NCBI GenBank assembly: GCA_937895695.1
Contig: CALBLM010000192.1
Location: 1-35,704, forward strand
Source: an uncultured Megasphaera sp.
GTDB taxonomy: Bacteria > Bacillota > Negativicutes > Veillonellales > Megasphaeraceae
DNA length: 35,704 bases
Reading direction: 5' to 3'
Below the pieces are notes generated by a model. That model was not told the DNA's origin and ran no database searches. It saw only the letters and a list, made by a program, of their open reading frames with translations. Of the stretch, positions 29,778 through 35,704 are shown one piece after another; the stretch's first letter is position 1, and each line of letters begins with the position of its first letter. The position numbers were made by a program, and so were the translations under genes.

Positions 29778-30941
29778 TTATTTTTGCAAAGCGGCTAATT
29801 GTGCTTTGAGTTCTTCATTTTCCTGCTTTAAGGACGATACGTCGTTAGCCAGTGCATTTACTTTTTGAAGCAAAGCATCGTTGGCAGCTGTCGGCGAGCT
29901 TTGTGTACTGCCGGCACCGATGCGGAAGGTGGCACCGATGTTGGCTGCTGATTTATGATTGTTGAAGGAACGGGAAGCGGCAAAGGAGAGGAGGACGTCT
30001 TTATTGGCATTATAAAAACCGCCGAGAGCTGCCGCTTTTTTGCCGTCATAGTTACCGGCAGACGCAGCCAGCTGGAATTTGGAGCCCGTGCCGTCATAAT
30101 TTAATGGATGCAGGCCGGCTAACGCTGCAGACAGGGCGCCGACATTGTCAATTTCTTGGCCTAAGGCAGCACTGGCAGTGTCTATTTTTGCATTTAAAAA
30201 TGTATCGGCAGCCGTACGTGCTGTTTGTTCCGTATACATTTGATTGCCTGTTGTCACTTCATGGGAATCAGCAGCAATACTTCCGTCTGCTACGTTAGTA
30301 AGGGTGCGATAGGTATTGGAAGTACTGTCACCAAAGGATACTTCATTAGCTTTTGTGGCGATGCTGTTGGCCCCAATAGCTACTGCATTAGCAGCAGTGG
30401 ATGTGACTTTGGAATTGGTACCGATGGCAGTACTATTATCAGCACCTTTTTCTACAGTCGCACCATATCCTAAGGCATTAGACTGAGAGGCATTGGCTGT
30501 AGTATGCGCTCCGATAGCTGTACCGGAGCCGCAGGCAAAGGCACCATAGCCAAAATCAGAACGGTTGCCGACAATAACTACTCTTGCTTTATCATAGGCT
30601 GGTTTGATGTTGCCAAAATCATAAGGTTGTTTACCTGCATTTTCAGATTTTTTAGCTTCAGCGTCTAATTTTTCCTGATCGTATGTACCATCAGCATTTT
30701 TACATTTTGAAATATCGTAGAAGGCAGCACGTGCACTAGGTCCATTGGTAATCATAACACTAGCGCCTGTTGTACCGTCCAGTTTCCCATTTACTGGGCT
30801 TGTAGCAATATTCACATTTGTGTTAGAACCAATTTCACCAGTTCCGCTATTTGTTACAGTAGCAAATACAGCTCCTCCTGCCATACTTATTGCTATACAT
30901 GTGCTTAGGATGGCTTTGCTTTTTTTTGTAATCAATTTCAT
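29778..30941 (-). CDS. Short YadA-like trimeric autotransporter adhesin
   Basis: Signal peptide; TAIG/NALG/VAIG head repeats; neck NEVSFG...RTLTNVADG...TGNQM; anchor VGALSAALAGLHPL...IGATFRIG; C-terminal coiled coil. Start moved to ATG 30941 behind AGGGGG. Confidence 0.9.
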   Translation of the reverse strand: MKLITKKSKAILSTCIAISMAGGAVFATVTNSGTGEIGSNTNVNIATSPVNGKLDGTTGASVMITNGPSARAAFYDISKCKNADGTYDQEKLDAEAKKSENAGKQPYDFGNIKPAYDKARVVIVGNRSDFGYGAFACGSGTAIGAHTTANASQSNALGYGATVEKGADNSTAIGTNSKVTSTAANAVAIGANSIATKANEVSFGDSTSNTYRTLTNVADGSIAADSHEVTTGNQMYTEQTARTAADTFLNAKIDTASAALGQEIDNVGALSAALAGLHPLNYDGTGSKFQLAASAGNYDGKKAAALGGFYNANKDVLLSFAASRSFNNHKSAANIGATFRIGAGSTQSSPTAANDALLQKVNALANDVSSLKQENEELKAQLAALQK

Positions 30942-31506
30942 TATAGATTCCCCCTGCATTTATTTTGATATTGCCTTTTATATGATTTTCATTTTCATAT
31001 AATGCGTGCATTTTGGGATACGACAACAAAACTAGAATGTATACCGGTAACGCTGCTCAATGTTGATACAATTTTTTAATGGCCTATTATAAATATGTTT
31101 GTATCAAGAGTTTGAGCACATAACAATGATAAAAACGATAATGGATATCAATAAAAATCACATTTATATTTAATCACTGCACTAAAAATTTGTCAATATA
31201 TTTTAATAATTAATTTCATATTAAAATTCATATATCATACATCATATTTACGTGAATTTTTTGATAGATTGATAGGAATATATCATACTGCATGCTATAA
31301 AATTTGAAAGCAATAGTTAAAATAAAAGAAATAAAAAACGTTATGGATATGGAAAGGATTTATAAGCAGTTGGTATCTGTATTTTTGCTGTTTTATGAGG
31401 AAATAGTACAAAAAAAGGTTGTTTTGCAATGAAATGAGTTTTCAGATTTTATTTATATGCTATAATAAGCTATATCTTTTAGATGGATATAGGGGGTACT
31501 TAAAAA

Positions 31507-32094
31507 ATGGACAGAACAGAAGCGTTACAGTTATTGCAGAAATATAATAAAGAACCGTTTCATATCATGCATGGACTTACCGTAGAAGGTGTAATGTGCT
31601 GGTATGCCAATGAATTGGGTTATGGCGACCAAGCTGCGTATTGGGGTCTTGTCGGCTTATTGCATGACGTAGATTTTGAAATGTATCCCGAACAACATTG
31701 CAAAAAAGCTCCGGAACTTTTAAAAGAAATAAATGCCAGTGATGAATTTATCCATTCTGTTGTTTGCCATGGCTATGGCATTTGCGTAGATGTTGCTCCG
31801 GAACAGGAAATGGAAAAAGTGTTGTTTGCAGCTGATGAATTAACCGGATTAATTTGGGCAGCTGCTAAGATGCGGCCGTCTAAAAGTACGAAAGATATGG
31901 AAGTTAAAAGCTTGAAGAAAAAATTTAAAGATAAAAAATTTGCTGCAGGCTGTTCCCGAGATGTCATCAAACAAGGTGCTGAAATGCTTGGATGGGATTT
32001 GAATGATTTGTTTGAAAAAACTATTTTAGCTATGCGCTCCTGTGAAGATAGCGTACGTAAAGAATGTTTGGAACTTACAGGCGTAGAAGAATAA
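31507..32094 (+). CDS. HD-superfamily (HDIG) hydrolase
   Basis: HGLTVE...GLLHDVDFE...LFAADELTG...KSLKKKFKDKKFAAGCSRD. Confidence 0.88.
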   Translation: MDRTEALQLLQKYNKEPFHIMHGLTVEGVMCWYANELGYGDQAAYWGLVGLLHDVDFEMYPEQHCKKAPELLKEINASDEFIHSVVCHGYGICVDVAPEQEMEKVLFAADELTGLIWAAAKMRPSKSTKDMEVKSLKKKFKDKKFAAGCSRDVIKQGAEMLGWDLNDLFEKTILAMRSCEDSVRKECLELTGVEE

Positions 32095-32128
32095 ATATAT
32101 CCTATTTTTTACGAGGAGGGTTACGACG

Positions 32129-32545
32129 ATGAATAAAAAAATAATGACAGTGGTTATGGCCGCAGCTATGACGATTGGAACGATGGGTTCTACATTTGCT
32201 GCCGGATTAGGTACGATTGATTTGTCTGCAGTATTACAGAGCCATCCTAAATTTCAACAAACGATGACAACATGGCAAAAGGATGTTCAAAAAGTACAAA
32301 AAGACTTCCAAGATGAAGCTAAGAAAACGACCGATAAAAAGGCACAGGAAGAATTAGTACAAAAATACAATATGAAATTAAATAAACAGAGAATTGCCTT
32401 GTTTAGTCCGTTAGAAAAAGATATATTAGAAAAAACGAAACAAGTAAAACAAGAAAAAAATCTGGACTATGTTGTTTTGAAAGGATCTGTCGTAGATGGA
32501 CAATCTCAGGATATTACGGCAGATGTAGCAGCTAAACTCAAATAA
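32129..32545 (+). CDS. OmpH/Skp-family periplasmic chaperone
   Basis: Signal peptide; GTIDLSAVLQSHPKF; coiled coil; KNLDYVVLK...DITADV. Confidence 0.8.
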   Translation: MNKKIMTVVMAAAMTIGTMGSTFAAGLGTIDLSAVLQSHPKFQQTMTTWQKDVQKVQKDFQDEAKKTTDKKAQEELVQKYNMKLNKQRIALFSPLEKDILEKTKQVKQEKNLDYVVLKGSVVDGQSQDITADVAAKLK

Positions 32546-32571
32546 TCGGCAGAAAAATTCCATACATAGGC

Positions 32572-32614
32572 AAAAAGACCTTTATCACATTCGAGTAGAT
32601 GAAGGTCTTTTTTT
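32572..32614 (+). terminator. Rho-independent terminator
   Basis: aaaaagacctttatc / gatgaaggtcttttt followed by Ts. Confidence 0.8.
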
Positions 32615-32869
32615 GAGTATGTATCAATGTATTACAAACACAAGTATATCATAAAATTACCAATATATGTGTAATAATAACGAATATATACCCTTTGAGT
32701 TCGATAATGGATGTATTTCGTAAAAAACTATGGAATTCCAAGAATGACATAGTTGGGAAAAATAGCAATAAAGGGCAAGACATTGGTCTTTTATTCACAA
32801 TCTCCTTTCGGTATGATGAATACATGGAATACACGTTATGAAAAAAATATAAAAAAGGAGAGTGTTTGT

Positions 32870-34267
32870 ATGGAAATTGTTGCAATTGTTTTAAGTTTAT
32901 TTTTACTGGTAACATTTGCGTATAAAGGGTTTTCTGTTATTTTATTTGCACCAATATTCGCATTGTTTGCCGCTAGTTTTTCTGGACTGCCGATTTTACC
33001 GGGGTATACAGAATTATTTATGGCTAAAGCCGTAACATATATCAAATCCTTCTTCCCTGTATTCCTTTTAGGAGCTGTATTTGGTAAAGTTATGGAAGAA
33101 ACGGGCATGGCTCGCAGTATTGCCATGAAAACAATTCAGTTAATTGGTAAAGATAGAGCTGTATTTGCTGTTGTATTTGCCTGCATGATTCTTTGCTATG
33201 GCGGTATTTCCATGTTTGTTTGCGCGTTTGCTGTATATCCCTTTGCGGCTGCATTGTTCCGTGAAGCGGATATTCCAAAACATTTGATTCCGGCTTGCTT
33301 TGTTGCCGGTGTATTTACGGCTACAATGGACTGCTATCCAGGTTCGCCGCAGATTCAAAATATTATTCCTACCATTTATTTAGGTACGACGACATTTGCT
33401 GCACCGATTTTAGGACTTATTTGTGGTACCATTTTAATTGTTCTTTGCTTAGCTTATTTGGAATGGCGTCGTAAAACATTTAAGAAAAATGGTGAAGGAT
33501 ATGGTAATCATACGATTAATGAAACCGTCATTGATCCTAACGCTAAATTGCCACCGTGGCAGTTGTCTATTGTTCCATTAATTGTTGTATTAGCCATGAA
33601 CTTCTATTTCTCTATGGTTTTCCAATGGGATAATGCACTACTAGCTCCCTTCAAAGCGATGAATTTACCGCTTGTTGCAAAAGACGTTCATAATGTAGTT
33701 GCTATTTGGGCACTGGTTTTAGGCCTTCTTGCTGCGATTATTATTGCCTGCATTACCGGTAAAAAATTCTTATCTAAAAATACCAGTGTAAAAGCCGCAT
33801 TAAATGCTGGTGCGTTAGGCTCCTTGCTGGCCATTATGAATACAGCATCTGAAGTCGGATATGGCAATGTTATTTCTTCACTGCCCGGTTTCTTGGAAGT
33901 AGCTGATGCATTATTAGGAATTGGCGATGGTATGCCTCTTTTCAATGTAGCCTTGATGGTTAATATTTTGGCTGGCATTACTGGTTCTGCTTCCGGTGGC
34001 TTGAGTATTGCACTTGATATTTTTGGTAATCATTTCTTAGCAGAAACAGCGGCTGTAGGTATTCCGCCTGAAGTAGTTCATCGTATTGCTGCGATGGCTT
34101 CCGGTGGCATGGACAGCTTGCCGCATAATGGCGCTGTTATTACAACGTTGGCTATCTGCGGTTTGACCCATAAAGAAGCATATAAGGACATGTTTGCTAT
34201 TACGCTGTTAAAAGTTGTCGTTGCATTCTTTGCTGTATTCTTCTATATGCTGACAGGGATATGCTAA
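32870..34267 (+). CDS. GntP-family permease (YxjC / hydroxybutyrate-permease-like)
   Basis: FLLGAVFGKVME, YGGISMFV, PGSPQIQN, GITGSASGGL, DSLPHNGAV. Start moved to ATG 32870 behind AAGGAG. Confidence 0.88.
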   Translation: MEIVAIVLSLFLLVTFAYKGFSVILFAPIFALFAASFSGLPILPGYTELFMAKAVTYIKSFFPVFLLGAVFGKVMEETGMARSIAMKTIQLIGKDRAVFAVVFACMILCYGGISMFVCAFAVYPFAAALFREADIPKHLIPACFVAGVFTATMDCYPGSPQIQNIIPTIYLGTTTFAAPILGLICGTILIVLCLAYLEWRRKTFKKNGEGYGNHTINETVIDPNAKLPPWQLSIVPLIVVLAMNFYFSMVFQWDNALLAPFKAMNLPLVAKDVHNVVAIWALVLGLLAAIIIACITGKKFLSKNTSVKAALNAGALGSLLAIMNTASEVGYGNVISSLPGFLEVADALLGIGDGMPLFNVALMVNILAGITGSASGGLSIALDIFGNHFLAETAAVGIPPEVVHRIAAMASGGMDSLPHNGAVITTLAICGLTHKEAYKDMFAITLLKVVVAFFAVFFYMLTGIC

Positions 34268-34293
34268 TATAATCATTATTTCTTAATTTATGG

Positions 34294-34329
34294 AAAAACC
34301 ACTCTTCTGGTCAGGAAGAGTGGTTTTTT
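34294..34329. terminator. Bidirectional terminator
   Basis: aaaaaccactcttc / gaagagtggttttt, giving U-runs on both strands. Confidence 0.85.
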
Positions 34330-34455
34330 AGTGGGTGTGTACATAGACTGTATGTTGGGATGGGAGCCCATCATACAATGTCATTATTATCGAGAAGAAA
34401 AGACTTGTACACTATTTAGATTTGAAGAGTGTAGTAAAAAAGATACTACTTAGAA

Positions 34456-34476
34456 ATAATTCGTAATAAAAATTAT
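34456..34476. promoter_or_regulatory. Putative MarR operator, copy 1
   Basis: ataattcgtaataaaaattat; 18/21 identical to 35135-35155; imperfect palindrome. Confidence 0.6.
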
Positions 34477-34485
34477 TTCATACAA

Positions 34486-34514
34486 ATAATACCATGATTT
34501 ATAAAAAGGGTCAA
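34486..34514 (-). promoter_or_regulatory. Orphan SigA promoter
   Basis: TTGACC-17 bp-TATTAT with extended -10 (TG-G-TATTAT). Confidence 0.7.
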
Positions 34515-34639
34515 GTGATAAATCGCAGTACAAGGTAGGAAAAATAAACTTGGAAAAATAGGATAGGATGAGGCAGAATAGTTGTTGAAATATAGGTAAT
34601 GGATGAGGATGTAAGTTTATGCTATGCACAGTACTGACA

Positions 34640-34686
34640 ATAGTGAAATAGGACTGCCGTTATATGCGACAGTCCTATTTCACTAT
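34640..34686 (-). terminator. Long hairpin at the marR 3' end
   Basis: Perfect 17-bp arms atagtgaaataggactg / cagtcctatttcactat overlapping the stop codon. Confidence 0.7.
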
Positions 34687-35111
34687 GATTGTTCTAATTG
34701 TAAATGACCGATTCGTCCTAATAAAGAAAGAATTTCTTCGCGTTCTTGTGGTGAAAAATTACGAAGAACCAAGTCATTTAACTCTTCAATCTTTTTTTGA
34801 ACCGGTTCTTTGAGAGCCAAGCCTTCTTTTGTGGCTCGGACACTAATGCTGCGACGATTATTGGGATTTAAAATGCGATCAATGAGTCCTCGTTTTTGCA
34901 TTCGGTCTAATACACCGGAAATAGTAGAATTTTCTACACGCAGGATGTTGGCGATTTCCTTTGGTGTCAGTGTTTCATCCTTCCAAAGACAGGCTAATAC
35001 ACCGTATTGCCCAGGCGTAATACCGAATTTCGAGAGGTTTTCTGAAAATACAAGAAAAACTTCATGCTGGGCAATGGTCAATAAAAAGTTGATACATTTT
35101 GTGTACTCCAC
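34683..35111 (-). CDS. MarR-family transcriptional regulator
   Basis: GITPGQYGVL...TPKEIA...STISGVLDRMQKRGLIDR...NRRS...TKEG; GTG start. Confidence 0.92.
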   Translation of the reverse strand: MEYTKCINFLLTIAQHEVFLVFSENLSKFGITPGQYGVLACLWKDETLTPKEIANILRVENSTISGVLDRMQKRGLIDRILNPNNRRSISVRATKEGLALKEPVQKKIEELNDLVLRNFSPQEREEILSLLGRIGHLQLEQS

Positions 35112-35134
35112 GACAATGCTTCCTTTCCATTACA

Positions 35135-35155
35135 ATATTTCGTATTACAAATTAT
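35135..35155. promoter_or_regulatory. Putative MarR autoregulatory operator, copy 2
   Basis: atatttcgtattacaaattat imperfect palindrome just upstream of the marR RBS. Confidence 0.6.
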
Positions 35156-35476
35156 TATATATAGTTTACCATATTATGAACCATCGTGCCATAAAAAAGG
35201 ATTATAATTTGTGAAAAAAATATCAGACTTCAGAATATATCCGTCAACATCTTTTTTGGGCAATCGTTTTTTGTCTTGTTGCGTCTAAGCTGTATTGTGT
35301 TCAGTCGTTTCTTTTCTTAATAAAAAATAGCAATGTGAAATTACAAATACCTATTTATAATACGTTACATATTGATACGTCATATGAGATAGATATCTTA
35401 TTAGAAATAGATTTTATAGAATGAATGACGTATAATTAAAACGGTATTATGAGAACGATATGATATGGAGCAGGTC

Positions 35477-35704
35477 ATGAGACAGAAAAAAATATTTGGT
35501 TTTGATTATACGAATAATGAATATATGAAAATTTTTATGTATTTACTAGTCGGCGGTTCCGCGGCACTGTTGGAATGGGGACTGTTTTTTGTGTTTTTTA
35601 GTGTTTTGATGCATGCAAGTATATTTTCACTGCAGACGCAGACTGTTTTAGCGGCGACGACGCTGGCTTTTGGCACGTCTACGCTGTATCATTATTTTTT
35701 ATGC
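35477..35704 (+). CDS. GtrA-family membrane protein, 3' end outside the window
   Basis: Manual translation MRQKKIFGFDYTNNEYMKIFMYLLVGGSAALLEWGLFF...ATTLAFGTSTLYHYFLC, open to the window end; RBS GGAG. Confidence 0.75.
   Translation, partial: MRQKKIFGFDYTNNEYMKIFMYLLVGGSAALLEWGLFFVFFSVLMHASIFSLQTQTVLAATTLAFGTSTLYHYFLC

Larger units (their letters stand above)
34294..34479 (-). ncRNA. Candidate sRNA (~190 nt)
   Basis: Bounded by its own promoter and a terminator; several stems; no ORF with an RBS. Confidence 0.5.

Noticed and set aside
32753..32869. N-terminal extension of the GntP ORF (likewise the extended starts for gyrB, aconitase, dapF, AraC and YadA)
   Set aside because: Downstream ATGs have clear RBSs and match family N-termini.
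34328..34384. 18-codon minus-strand ORF MTLYDGLPSQHTVYVHTH within the candidate sRNA
   Set aside because: No Shine-Dalgarno sequence; the upstream region is pyrimidine-rich.
34810..35214. 134-aa + strand ORF
   Set aside because: Antisense to marR, with no motifs.

Overview
This is the chromosomal replication-origin region of a diderm Firmicute (Negativicutes, probably a Megasphaera/Veillonellaceae-like anaerobe). The taxon is inferred from Firmicute-type oriC gene order, CIRCE and SAM-I elements co-occurring with Skp/OmpH and a YadA-type autotransporter. The first 10 kb is the conserved jag-yidC-yidD-rnpA-rpmH / oriC / dnaA-dnaN-yaaA-recF-dciA-remB-gyrB block; gyrA does not follow gyrB. Housekeeping and accessory genes follow: a CNNM/HlyC transporter, gpsA, a MarR-linked PatB + M20 amidohydrolase + YfcC operon, the oxidative TCA branch (icd, citrate synthase, aconitase), AraC, dapF, CIRCE-controlled tandem Hsp20s, an SfsA/GIY-YIG fusion, a SAM-I-controlled UPF0324 transporter, a YadA-like adhesin, an HD hydrolase, Skp, a GntP-family permease, a second MarR and a partial GtrA. 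Two unannotated signals stand out. (1) A 23-codon leader peptide with four consecutive Cys codons lies between the promoter and the SAM-I riboswitch, with attenuator-like alternative pairings; it is a candidate tandem Cys + SAM sensor. (2) An orphan promoter, a MarR-type operator and a structured ~190-nt transcript with a C-rich loop lie between the GntP and MarR genes; this is a candidate sRNA. All calls come from reading the sequence by eye; no searches or folding programs were run.
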